Assembly: GCA_012295275.1 (NCBI GenBank)
Contig: CM022677.1
Span: forward strand, 930,001 to 994,000
Direction of reading: 5' to 3'
DNA from: Chrysomallon squamiferum
Lineage: Eukaryota > Animalia > Mollusca
Length of the DNA: 64,000 nt
A model generated the notes under the pieces. The model searched no databases. It was given only the letters and a program-made list of their open reading frames with translations, and had not been told where the DNA came from. Positions 1 to 12,595 of the stretch are shown piece by piece. The position numbers and the translations under genes are program-made. Positions within the stretch are counted from its first letter, which is position 1. Every line of letters begins with the position of its first letter.

Positions 1-2
1 GA

Positions 3-125
3 AAAGTAACACACGAATCTGTGTCCAGCGGCAAGGTCACTTTTCAGTTTACATACGCTGCAGGCAACAACAACGGTACATCAGTAGAGGACGGACAAAT
101 TCCTGAAATCATTTTCTACACATAA
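3..125 (+). CDS. BTBD2: 3' end of BTB/POZ-BACK-PHR protein (BTBD1/BTBD2 orthologue), partial; gene starts upstream of window
   Basis: Frame 3 reads [40 protein letters not shown] (TAA 123-125). This matches the PHR-domain C-terminus of BTBD1/2 (GNNNGTS[IV]EDGQIPE[IV]IFYT). A long AT-rich stretch consistent with a 3' UTR follows. Confidence 0.9.
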   Translation, partial: KVTHESVSSGKVTFQFTYAAGNNNGTSVEDGQIPEIIFYT

Positions 126-2770
126 ATTGGTATTTTTGTCATGTTTATAGGATAATAGATTTTAAAAAAAGAGATAGTGTCTGACAAAAGAAAATCAGTC
201 ATATTTATTTATTATGTTTTAAACTGTTGTTATCTGTATATTAGTTGTTTCGTATTTAAGTGATTTATCTCACAGAATTATAATCAAAATGTAAAACCAT
301 AGCAGTTCATCATGATGTCATATTAAAAATTTCTTAGCTTTTCCTTTATATTTTCATTTTCTTTTTTTAATGCCTAACATAAATAACCTTTTTTTTTTAA
401 ATATTAATTTATTATTTTCTAAATTATTACAGAATGTATTTTAAGTTTACTATAACTGTTTTGTGGGTTTTTTCTCCTCTATCACTTCAAATAAATAGAA
501 AAAAATCCTTTTAACAGATACACCATTTATACACACTTTTTAATAAACAATCATTAATATTTTGAGAGGTTGGGAATTAAGAATAATATCATATATCAGA
601 ATTTTAACGGAGTACCTCTTTGTTTACCAGCAATAACACCAGGATTTAATAGATCAAATTTAGAAGAAAATAAGTAGGACATACAGTACAACGGAAATAA
701 ATTAAATATGTTACTACTTCTGTATCCAAAAACATTTTGATTACCTATGACAAAGGATATAGTACAACTCTCTGCTGAAAGTGAAATCATAAAAGATCTT
801 ACTTCTGTAAATCCACTTAAAAGATTGGGAAATGGGAGCAGTTTCCAGAAACAAGTATAGTATCCAAAGTATTCTTTTATTGTAATGAAAACTACACCAA
901 AATGTTTTGTAAGATTTATTTTGTTTTGTTTATTCAAATACATATATCAATAATTCTCTTTTTTTTTTTTTTTTTTTTAACCTTGTTATGTTTGAATTAG
1001 GCAAGGAAGATAGAAATAATTTATCTAGCAAATTATAAAAAATATTCTGTGCAATGACATATTTGTTTAATAATATGAAATAATCATTGAAATGAAAAAT
1101 ACATTACACATGCTGCCATATATAACTTAAAACACAATGTTACTTTTAATAGTGTTTAACCTTGCATGTTACAGATTCTGCATGTTATATATAAGTTGCT
1201 GTATTTTAAAAAATATTAATGTTTCATACACATTAATTATTAAAAAGAATAAAATAAATTATCATGTGTGGTGGATAATGATTTAGCTAACCATCATTCT
1301 CAAATATATTATACTTTGTGTGAAGAAATAGTGAAATTATTATTTTTTTTAATCTGCAGTCTGATAATTTTAACTTGTTAATGAAAAAAGTTAATTTCAA
1401 TAAAAAATTACATCTATTATTTTATCTTATTAAGCATGATAAATTATTTTTCTGTACTAATATTTTGGTAAGAGTGGCCTGTTTGTTATTTGTTTGAGAG
1501 ATATTAAAAACTTATTACTTTAAAAAGGCTTTAAAAGTAAAACAATCAAATTTCTTGTGAATTTTATTACCAGATGAAAACAGCATAATATTGTTAAACA
1601 TGTAGCATTTATTTTAAAATTAAAACAAGAGTTCCACTCTGACCTATGTAGAGTTGTTGCACATGGTAAAGCAACATATATTTATTTCTTTGACTTTGAA
1701 CCTCTGAGTTAGACAATTACGGACATTTGTGTGTGGAAAATGTATTAAATGGAAATGTGTTATATTTTCTTATTTAGAAAATGTGTTAATAAAAATGAAT
1801 TTATGTCTAGAAATATAATGTTAATGGAAATATGAAGTGCATTTTGTGGTTTCTAAATGTAAGAAAGGAATATGTTTATTTAGTTTTTGGTAAAAATGTA
1901 CAAAATAGAAATGTTCAGAATGTATTTTGAGACAAATTTCTTTTGAAAAATTCCCTGTGTATGATTACTGTAAACATTTGGAAAAAATTAATGAATTTCT
2001 TTATTCCTTACATTTGTGTATATATTTTTCTCAAATTAGTAGGTAATCTATATGAAATAGACATTTTGTAATTTCTGAATTATAAATGTTTCTGATCAAG
2101 TTAGAATTGAATTTGTGTAATTATGCCTCCTTTCAGCTTTTTTCCATACCAAAAAAATGTGTTATCGTTATTCCGATTGTGTGTCAGAACTTCCAGTTTT
2201 GTAGTAATAATACTAATAATTACAAATATATTAATGTTGTTATTAACTAGTTGTTATAAAAATGTATTTATACATGATAAAAAGGTGTAACTCTTAAAAT
2301 TTAACTTGTAAATAATTATATTCTTTTTCAACAATTTTGTTTATAAATCAAAACCTTTTTTCTTTTTTCCTTTTCAGTGTAATATTATTATTAGTAGTAG
2401 TTGTAGTAGTAGTAGTAGTATTTATTATTATGTTTGTATGTATGTACATATTATAGTTTTGTTATGTGAGGAGAAAATAACCACAGTATGCTAGTCGTAT
2501 AAAAGTATTTCAGTTGTGATACTACGGGTATATATATTTGTTGATTATACATGTCCAGTGTAAAAACATAAAGTATTTAACAGTTACTGATGTCTTTCAG
2601 AATGTTTTTGTAGTTAATTATGTATTATATGCCTGTCATTTCTTCTTTCATTTCGGTTCTTTTTATCTTCCTCACCCATTCTCCACAATGTTGAATTATT
2701 GTTAACTTACCATTAAATCAGAACTTATTTGTTCACGATTTCTTTTTTAAAATTTATTTACTTATTATTA

Positions 2771-2809
<39 letters not shown>

Positions 2810-3659
2810 CTTTCTTACCTTTTTTTTATTTTGTGTTATATTGATATTCATAAAAAAAATTCCTTATTTTCTTTAATTATTTATTTTATGTTGTTATTTT
2901 ATTTTTGTTTATTTTAAAAGCTGTCTCGACCTGTAGAATTAAATAATAAACGCGCTTGATACAATCATGTGATTCAAACATGCAATAGATTCAGACATTA
3001 CCAGTGTACAGAAAAAGAAAAACACAAAATGTGTGCATATGGTGATACGAATAAATAGTCTAATAAAATTCTGTATACTTCCAAATTATCATTTTGGCTT
3101 ACCTATCATCACTCATAACAGTGTGCGCTAGTCAAATAGTACTGTTAATAGATTTTTGAATGCGGCCATTTTCCCCCTTTACAGGTGAAATCGTTACGTC
3201 ATAGCGTATGTGGGCGAAGTGACAGCTGTATTTTTCTAGTGCATGAGGAAGTTTTAGAAGAAAATAAATCTTTCCCAATACGTAATGATGTCATGGCAGC
3301 GCCCAGATGTTGTAAATTGTAATCTTTTGTTGTTAGTTATTAATTATGAGGATTGGCAACAGAAAACAAAACAGTCTGGAATAATGCAGAATGTATTTAG
3401 ATAATATTTTTCCTGTCTACACCAATGGCTGTATTATTTTTGAAGGTAACTTATTTGGATTGCTAAATATACTAATAAATGTTAGTTACATTTTGTTTTG
3501 TTTGTTATTTTGATTTTAGTTTATATATTCGTAACAGATCGAATGTTTAGTATCTCAGTAAAGTTACATTTTATATGAATGTGTGTGTATTTCTTTTCCC
3601 CATATTTGTATATTTAATTTAGTAGTAGTAGTAGTAGTATACAGCACTGGCCTGTAACA

Positions 3660-3765
3660 GTACTGCTACATCTTTTGCGATTAGCTGTGAGGGATCTTTT
3701 ATAAGCAGCATCCCATAGAAAGGACAGTACACAGTGCAGCCTTTACTTATCAGCTGCAGTGTTTG
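3660..3765. mobile_element. Probable degenerate SINE-like repeat fragment
   Basis: gattagctgtgagggatcttttataagcagcatcccatagaaaggacagtacac resembles, from memory, an abundant gastropod interspersed repeat core (attagcagcaagggatcttttatatgcaccatcccacagacagg). It lies between (TAG)n and (TAA)n tracts. Not verified by search. Confidence 0.4.
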
Positions 3766-3874
3766 AAAACAAAATATTCAACATGGAACACTATTATATT
3801 GGCGTACTGCCAGCCTTTCCTTTGGCAGTAATGGGTTCGTGGATTCGCAGTAACTTAACCTGCGATATGGTACA

Positions 3875-3917
<43 letters not shown>

Positions 3918-4295
3918 GTCATTGTCAGTTCAGTGTCCCAATATAACGTACTTGCACACACTTATAAACAGAGCTGGGCTCTTCGACACTAGAATATCCT
4001 TAAATGAAGATGAGAACATTTTCTCTAGCCTGTATCAAATACGGAATCACTGTTGGACCATTGTAAGTACGATTACGCTTGTTTCTGTTATGTGAACAAA
4101 CACAGCGATGTTTCTAAGAAGCCCGTAAAGCTTTGACATTTGAAACTAACAGAGAAAACTTGACGGTAATCATCGGTTTGTTATTTCAAAGGTTAGAAGG
4201 CGTAACGCAAAAGCCCATCGAAGGTCATCTTCCATGTGTTTATTAATAGGACTGGATTTTCTTATTATTTATATTTTTAAAAAATGCTTTAAACA

Positions 4296-4350
<55 letters not shown>

Positions 4351-5263
4351 TTAGCTATAAAACAGAATGACTGAATAAAAATAATCAAACTCACAGTAAA
4401 CAAAATGTGTTTGGTCGGTTTGGTCAGATATTAGTTGCGCAAAACGGTATTCTGACTAACGTGTAAATAATCTTTACTGCTAGAATAAGGGTTGACACCG
4501 GCATGGATTGCTTTTCTGATACATTATAATTATTCTAGTTAACTGATAAAATAGTCATAATAAAAAAGAAAATAGCTTTAAGTCTGAATAAAACCAATAC
4601 GTAATAAAACTAACATTTTCTTTTGACTGACACGGCTCTGTATTCACAGCAGTCAATAGCTGAAAATAGTGAGGTGAGCTGGGAAATAATTTCAGTCACG
4701 CAAATGCAAAATTAGGTTTGTCGATTTTCTGTCATATAAATAGACTAAAATTATTTGAAATTAGGGATTATTAAATGTGTTTGTGTATGTTATGTGTGTG
4801 TTAATAAGTGTATGGATTGTTCGAAATAAATGTGATCGGTTTTCAAACCTGTTACGTTTTGCATACTAAGCATGATTAATGCTGTTGGTCACAAACTTGA
4901 ATACTGGTGAGTCTCGAATGATTATCAATAAAACAGTACTATGCAGGAATATCTTCAAGATTTTTTTTTAAATTTATTATCAGTCAAGATATCTATTTCC
5001 AAACAACGAATTCTCGCCTTTATTATTATAAACTTCGAATTGGTCAACAATAACTTCCGTCCACCATAATAGATATTCATAAAAATGATTTTAAGTTTTA
5101 AAATTCATAACAATTCGATAAAACAGATAAATAATTAAATTAAATATTCTTTTACACATAGCTTTATACAGCATAACTATAGTAAACGGCGCGGTCAGTG
5201 AATTCCAGCTTGTTAAAGTCACGAGATTTTTAATTAAGCTACCCATTGACTTCAAAGATTATT

Positions 5264-5746
5264 CAGTGGTACCTTGACTTTCGAGTTTAATTCGTTCCGT
5301 TACCGAGCTCGTAATTCAATTTGTTCGTATATCAAATCAATTTTCCCAATTGAACTTACTTGAAATACCATTAACCCGTCCCAGGACCCCCTAAAACCAC
5401 CCCATTTCTTTGTAACATGTTTTTAAATAAGAAAAATGTATTTATAAATGACAAATAAAAATGACAAATGTAAGAAAAAAAAAGAGAATGTAAAAAAATA
5501 AATTGGTTTTGTAAAGTGTATTTATCTTGGAGATTAGACAAATTATTTTAACGTCTTTGGCTGGAGTTACAGCCTTCATCGACTCCTGTTTCAGTATGGT
5601 ACATATCGTAGAAATACCTTGAACTGTCTAGCCAAGTCGACAACATGCAGACCTGGCTTGTAACTCGGATTTTGGCTCGTAACTCAAAGCAAAATAGCCG
5701 GGCGACTGCTCATAACTCGAAAAATTCGTAAGTCAAGGTACCACTA
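5264..5746 (-). mobile_element. Non-autonomous Tigger/pogo (Tc1-mariner superfamily) DNA transposon, about 480 bp
   Basis: Terminal inverted repeats cagtggtaccttgactt (from 5264) and aagtcaaggtaccacta (to 5746), followed by TA. Both arms align in reverse complement to the element at 50423-51147, which keeps a transposase remnant. Confidence 0.8.
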
Positions 5747-5915
5747 TATTTATATTATTTTTATTATTATTGTTGTTATTAAATGTTCAATTTTTAAATT
5801 GTTTATTTATTCATTTTTCTATCAGTGTTGGTAGAAGAAATATTATTATTATTATTATTATTATCTCCTTCGGTACAAATGTGAGGTACAGTAACTAAGT
5901 ATATTCAAAATACTG

Positions 5916-7559
5916 TTATGGGCAATGTTTGAGATCATATCTAATGTACATATCTAGATCATCATTTGGTCCCTCGCACACACTCTGAATGTGTGGTATA
6001 AAACCAACAGCCGCCCTCCAGGCTGATATCCATTTAAGACTACAGTCACATTTAATATTGTTGTTGTAGAGGTCGACGTAGAGCAGGCTGTACGCATACT
6101 GAAGAGCTCTGGGAACTGTTCCTATATCACAGTCGTTCATATGTAAAGTTTCTAGCGATGTTGTCCCACGAAACGCCATTCTCGAGATATTTCTGAGCGG
6201 ATTCCCTGAGAGGGAGAGATCTTTAAGTGACTGCATATTTGGGAAACTGTCGTCATAGAGTTCATTTATCTTATTGTAAGAGAGATCCACAAACTCGAGG
6301 TTAGGCGGCGTGCCGAGAGCGGCACTGGGGATATAGTCTAAGGAACATCTGGACAACCAAATCCTAGTCAAATTGTTCATTCCAGAAAATGCCAAGTATT
6401 TAATGACGCTGATTAGGTTTCTGTTAAGCACGATCGACTTCAGCGACGTCATCGTACTAAACTGGTGCTGCTCAAGCACGTGCAAATGATTTCCAGTCAG
6501 ATTCAGCAACTGTAGAATGTTAAGTTTATTGAGAGCCGGCGGAACATGAGTTAAGTAACAATTGTCAAAAAATAAAACCTCCAATGTCGGACCTACGCTG
6601 TCGAAAGCATCATGGGCGACGTTAGTGGCTGTAATTTGATTAGATCCTAAATAAAGTTTTTTCAAAGTCTGTAGATCATTAATAGCTGTCGGAACTTCGT
6701 GGAGTCCTGTTTTAGTTATGTTTAAAATTTCCAGCGATCCACGTATGCTGCTAAAAGACGATGGCGGGATTACACCAAACGGATTATCTCCCAGATATAA
6801 TTCTTTTAAATTATTTAATAACTTAACTGTTTCTGGAAAAGATGTAAGGTTACAGTTTTGTAGATTCAGAACTTGTAACCTGGACGCAGACTGGGCAAGC
6901 GCGTCAGATGGAAGTGAATGGATGTCATTTCCAGAAAGATCTAATAAGGCCAGGTTTTTCAGAGAACTTATGACACTGGGCCATGAAGTAAGTTTGATGT
7001 TACTGGCGTATATCTCTTGAATCGTATACTTCAAATCACCAAGTACATTGTCGTCCAGTGATGTCAGTGACGAGTGATCAACATGCAGCGACTGCAACTT
7101 TTTAAGTTTGCCAACAGAAATAGGAAGTGATGTCATGGACGTTCTTGACAAGACCAGGTGTTCCAAAGTGTTTTCCAGACCGAGAAATGCACCGTTATCC
7201 ATATTTAGTTCTAACGAATTGTAACTGAGGTCGATAGTCGAAACGTTCACGCCTTCAAATGCACGTGCTTGCACGTAAGCAATATTATTGTGCGACAGGT
7301 CCAAGGCATAAAACCGTTTTCGAGAAGGGACAAAGGTTGGAACTATAGTCAGACTTCGTCTGTCACAGCGAACTGCAACACCACAGTAACATGTACCAGG
7401 GGCCGGGCATGCGTTATCAGATAAAATAAATCTTTTACTGCAGAGACAAACTGTGACACCCACACAGAGAATAGCATATCTTAGCCACATATCTGTAAAA
7501 TAATAAATAAACACGTAAATCGGTAATACTTTTTATCTATTTACATTCGTTGTAACCAG

Positions 7560-7636
<77 letters not shown>

Positions 7637-8141
7637 AAATTTGTGTAATTATTATTATTATCAGACATACAAAACACACACACATCTGTCTACCCGTGGT
7701 CAAATTCATGTAACCTTACTAAGCAGCTACGATGTCAAGTCAAATCCAGAAAACGTCTATAATAGTAGTTTCCAAATTGCTTGCTAAGTCTAAGTTGATC
7801 GGAGTACCTCTACGTCATCAGCAAGCTAGTAAATCATTTACAAATTATTAAAAAACAGACAACAAACTTATATAGTTGTCTGTATGTGTATGTGTATGTG
7901 TTTATAAACACACACATACATATAAACAATTATATTTTAATTTAATCATCAATGGTTCTCTAACCACGGATAATCGAGTCCCATGATGACCTTGGTTATT
8001 TTCCAAGCCTTTTTTTTAGCTGTGGTATTAATTCTTTCGCTCTAGTAATTACAGTTTTACGTATTTAAATCAATGATAATAATAAATATATATACTTGGA
8101 TACATACCTTTATACTTATTTTTGTATTTGTCTTTCAACAT
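5916..8141 (-). CDS. Secreted leucine-rich-repeat protein (signal peptide, LRRNT, many LRRs, LRRCT; no transmembrane segment)
   Basis: Main exon 7492-5916 (acceptor ttttacag|AT ATG; ATG at 7490). A possible in-frame upstream exon 8141-8108 (MLKDKYKNKYK, donor AAG|gtatgt) joins it. Hydrophobic leader WLRYAILCVGVTVCLC, LRRNT CPAPGTCYC...VRC, repeated LxxLxLxxNxL, LRRCT NNIKCDCSLKW...CEGP...CP*. Confidence 0.88.
7564..7632. repeat. (GA)n microsatellite
   Basis: Perfect GA dinucleotide run in the putative first intron of the LRR gene. Confidence 0.97.
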
Positions 8142-8372
8142 GGTGAATAGCAAAATGAAAACGCAATTTTTATTCGAGATCGTCCATGCCACAAGGCTGG
8201 GAAGAACAAATGTTTAGTTTACAGATAAGTATACAGTCTTATCAATGACTTTCATATCTAAGGGTGTTTTCTTAGTCGACAAATTTTGTTTAGAATAGTG
8301 ATTTGATAACTCGTTATGAAACAATGGGAGGTAACTAACAAATAATAAATGAATAAATAAATTAATTAATTA

Positions 8373-8416
<44 letters not shown>

Positions 8417-8851
8417 CTCAACATAAATTAAGCCTGATTATTAATTTTATTCATATTCGTCAGAAATGTTTCAGTATCTTTGATAGTTAAAAAATGTCAT
8501 GTAATTATTATTATTATTATTTTGGGGCACATATTCTGGAAAAGGCCATGATGAGAAAAACGCATCATTCAACCACTGATTTCAAAAAGCGCAACGGTCC
8601 AACCGGATAAAGAGCAAAAATTCGGTTTAAAACACAAAGAATAATGTTGCTGACTAAAGCAAAACGTTAATTGTTTATTCAGTCCACTAAAAGATATTTC
8701 AAATCAAAAGTCAGATTATTTTCTTGGTTTCTTTATCGAAATATCAAAGTTCGCAGATTGTTTATCGATCCCAAACACTGAGAAACAATTCCTTTTAGCT
8801 TTCGAAGCTTGGTTGTATCTGATATATACGTGTATAAATGTATATGTATGC

Positions 8852-8870
8852 GTGTGTGTGTATGTGTGTG

Positions 8871-8904
<34 letters not shown>
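8852..8904. repeat. (TG)n microsatellite
   Basis: Interrupted TG run. It explains the spurious HTHT and VCVC ORFs at 8716-9035. Confidence 0.95.
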
Positions 8905-8908
<4 letters not shown>

Positions 8909-9019
8909 AAATTAACGCCTGCATTAAAATAGAATCGAAACAAACTATTTTTGCAGTAATTAAACATTGGTTCGTTTCAGTATACTTGTTTGTATAATTT
9001 ATTTGAGCCGCGTTTTGGA

Positions 9020-9175
9020 ACATTGGCTTCCGCACCCAACTGAAAGAGGTGTCCGAGTTTACAACACAAACTGCAGTGATTAGTCTTTTCTTCCGGTTAA
9101 AAACGGAATCGATGTTTCTACGAGTCTAACCGAAAATGTACGACGAGAATTACTGAAAAGCGGGAAGAGACGAAG
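9020..9175. promoter_or_regulatory. Putative promoter of MFSD3, divergent from the LRR gene
   Basis: Locally CpG-richer patch with ETS-like CTTCCG (9027) and CTTCCGG (9090) motifs between two divergent genes. Confidence 0.45.
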
Positions 9176-10002
9176 TTACAATTTATGTGATACAACTAAT
9201 GATGAATGAAAAACGAAAAACGAAAAAACAATTGCATACATCAAAATATTCATTAATATTTTGTTTATGATAAGGCCTAGAACTAAAGCGCAAGATTACC
9301 ATATTAATATTCGTTATGTACAAAAACAGTATTATAAATATAACATTTTAATAATTCTAGTTAACTATTCGGTATTTCGGATTTTGACATGCACTATCAT
9401 GACTATGAACGTGGTAATGGTAACACTAACAGAGTAACGTAAATGTGTATATCGCCTAACTTCAGACTAATGGAGTTTGTGTTTGGACTTGACCAATTAA
9501 AAAGTGTAAAATTCACAGTAACTATCTGGTCAAGTTACAACTGGAGATGCTCAAGCAGCAAGTATTTATATAAATGTACGTCTACTTGTAATTAGCATTT
9601 AACTTGCTGTTTTCTATTGCCATTTGTTGTATTCTTAATAAGTACTTAATAAGTACTGTGACTTAAAGTGAGGACAGTTAATTTATTACTTTAAACAGAA
9701 CATTTACATCGCTGTATAATTTATATATCTTCATAATTAACTTTATTTAAATCGATTCTTTGGAATGCAGTGAAAAAAAAGACCATTAACTGCATTCAGC
9801 ATTGTATAAGAAAACTGACTTATAATTTATGTGAATGAAGACAGCAGAAATAAAATGATTTTTGAATAAACCTTTACACACAGCCATAAAATAGAACATA
9901 TCTCCTGATGCATTAAAAGTAAATAAATGGAAAAGCTTTGATTGCTAAATAGAAGTTACAACTATAATAATTTAGTCAAATAATGAACCTGTGAAAGATA
10001 AA

Positions 10003-12595
10003 ATGCTAGTGAATAGTAACATTGTTTTTCTGGCATTCCTGTATTTTGTACAAGGTTTACCATATGGGCTCCAGAACCGTTTCCTACCCATCTATTTTAG
10101 ACTGCATGGCATGTCGCTGTCTGTTGTTAGTTACTTTAGGATATTGTATCTGCCATGGATGCTCAAAGCATTATCAGCACCACTGATTGACTGCTATGGT
10201 ACCAAAAAGCTATGGTTAATCTGGAGCATGCTGGGATTAGCAGGAATGTGTTTGATTGGTTCATTTTCAGGACCAGATGATCTTGCAAAACTGATTGTTG
10301 TTTTATTTTTGTTTAATGTTCTAACTTCAACCCAGGATATTGCTGTTGATGCTCTTGCTGTTCAGATTCTTTCATCTGCTCATCTCTCCCATGGAAACAT
10401 TGCTCAGGTGGTTGCCTACAAGCTGGGTGCCCTGTGTGGAGGAGGACTTTTAACCTGGCTTAGCGGTTACTTCACATGGTCGGCTTTGTTTCAGATCCTA
10501 GCTGTCACTTACTTGACTGCTGTTGCCACTACTGTTGTTTTTGTGCCATCTCAACCCAGAACTGAAGCTGATGTTACTGCATTGGAGAAACCGACTCATT
10601 CTGACAGATCTGATTCAGCTGAAAAACAGCCTGGCTGTTCACAGAAAGTACAAGAAGTGACAGGGTTGATGTGGCTTAAAAATCATCTTTCACAAGTGTT
10701 GAAATCAGAGGGAACAACATGGACTGCCTGCTACATTCTCGTCTACAAAATAGGTAAATAAACAACAACTGTTTTCAGGAGATGTTCAAAAATCATAATT
10801 CAAACCTTAACTTTAACAACTTAACACAAATTCCATTCCCTTCAGGGAAGCATATTTACAATTTACCATGAATGATTTTATTAAATTCAGGATCACATTT
10901 TAATATTACAAATCTTTAAATTTTGATTTAGTTGCTGTTTTAATACTAATTTTATTTATGACAGGAGAGCAGGGGATGTTAAGCATGATACCTCTGTATC
11001 TCATTGACAACAAGATGTCAGCCTCTGTCACTGGCTTTTGGACTGGGGTAGTTGGAATGATTATCTCAATGTCAGGGTCTTTCTTTGGAGGATATGTCAT
11101 TCCTGTCTACAAGTAAAATTAGTGAAATATTACTCTTTTATAGAAATAGTTACATTTATAATTTTAATCCAGAACTTTATCATATTCTTTGTTGTTTTTT
11201 GTTTGTTTGTTTTTTTGTATTTATTGGGGTTTTTTTTGATAATAGTAATAGTTTCTGTTTTCCTCTTTTTTATAAAAAGAAATTGCTTACATTTGGAATA
11301 AATCATTGGTAAAATAATATTTCATCTTGGAAATTTTACTGACATTTATTTTGTTTCATAAAAGATGTATTATTATTTATATTATTATTATTATTTACAT
11401 TTATTAGTAGTACATTTACTGTTAATTATATTATTGTCATTATTATTATAATTATTATTTTTACAGTTACTTTTATTTATATATTTCAGATGGCAGTCAG
11501 TGAACTTACTAAAGACAACCTCTGTCATTAAAACAGTTTTAATGAGTGTTGTTTGCATGTCTGTTTTCACAGCAACAGTTTCAACCCAGTCAAATGTTTG
11601 TAACGGTAAATGATTTTAATAACTCATTTTTCTCTAATGGTTATGCTAATAAAATATTTTTAATTATCAAACATGATTCAACACTTAAAACAATGCTGTG
11701 TATATTTGTAATTTGAAAATAAGAAATTCATGTTGACCTTTTGAAACTGAAGTTCACTCACCTTTAATGAGTAAACTTTTTTTTTTCAACCTCTGAGAAT
11801 ATTCATTCTTGTCTTTTTAGAGGGAAAACAATTACATTGCTTAAGCTAAATACAGAACTTTAATAGCCCATCATGCCAGTCTGTATGAAATAAAACTGCT
11901 CCAGTAGTCATATCTCTCAGTGGTGACCCCTGAACCATCACAGAGCTGTATATTGTTTGTTAAATTTATTATCATTTTTAAACTTTATTTCACAGTGAAA
12001 CATACACAGTATTTATTTAGTTTATTTATACATATTAAAAAACAATGAAATAAAAACAGTTTTGAAATTATCTTGACAGATTTCATGGATTGAAAAATGA
12101 ACATTGATTGGTGACATCATTGACAGATATAGTTTTGGATAATAGTATTACTTCATATTAAATATGCTGCATATCCATTTTAATTTATTTATTTAAAACA
12201 GATTAGTAACAGAAATTTAATTTGATTTTAAAAAGGGCTGAAAGCCTGAAATGATAATAATTAACACAAGTATTTTTCTTTCAGTTGTCACTATTGGAAG
12301 CATGTTGATGCTGCTGTTTTTTGGTGGAATGACAACCACAGTGACATTCACATTAATGATGCAGTGCACGAAGAGGGCATCTCCAAATATTCAAGCCAGT
12401 CATTACAGTGTTCTTGCAACAGTGGAAGTTCTAGGCAAGCTTAGTTTCTCTGTGTTTGTTGGGACTGTCACAGATACTATGGGATATCCTTTTGTTTTTT
12501 TGACTTGTACATTGTTAACTGCAGCAGTCACTCCATTTTTTACATATGCTCCAGAATTTTTATTGCATGAGGAAACTGAAAATAAAAATTCATGA
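10003..12595 (+). CDS. MFSD3: MFS transporter MFSD3 (AmpG/AT-1-like family), 4 coding exons
   Basis: Exons 10003-10753, 10965-11112, 11490-11605 and 12285-12595, all GT-AG and phase-consistent. Motifs LYFVQGLPYGLQ, LYLPWMLK..APLID, TQDIAVDALA, YKIG-EQG and QASHYSVLATVEVLGKL are typical of MFSD3. Confidence 0.92.

Noticed and set aside
596-943. 115-aa minus-strand ORF; the plus strand has a faint kinase-like phrase (SAESEIIKDLTSVNPLKRLG)
   Set aside because: No recognisable domain, the plus frame has several stops, and it lies in the probable BTBD 3' UTR. Resemblance too weak to call.
6718-7020. 100-aa plus-strand ORF
   Set aside because: Antisense shadow of the LRR coding exon.
8716-9035. 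ORFs with HTHT or VCVC runs (similar at 27883-28071 and 51429-51840)
   Set aside because: Translations of (TG)n microsatellites.
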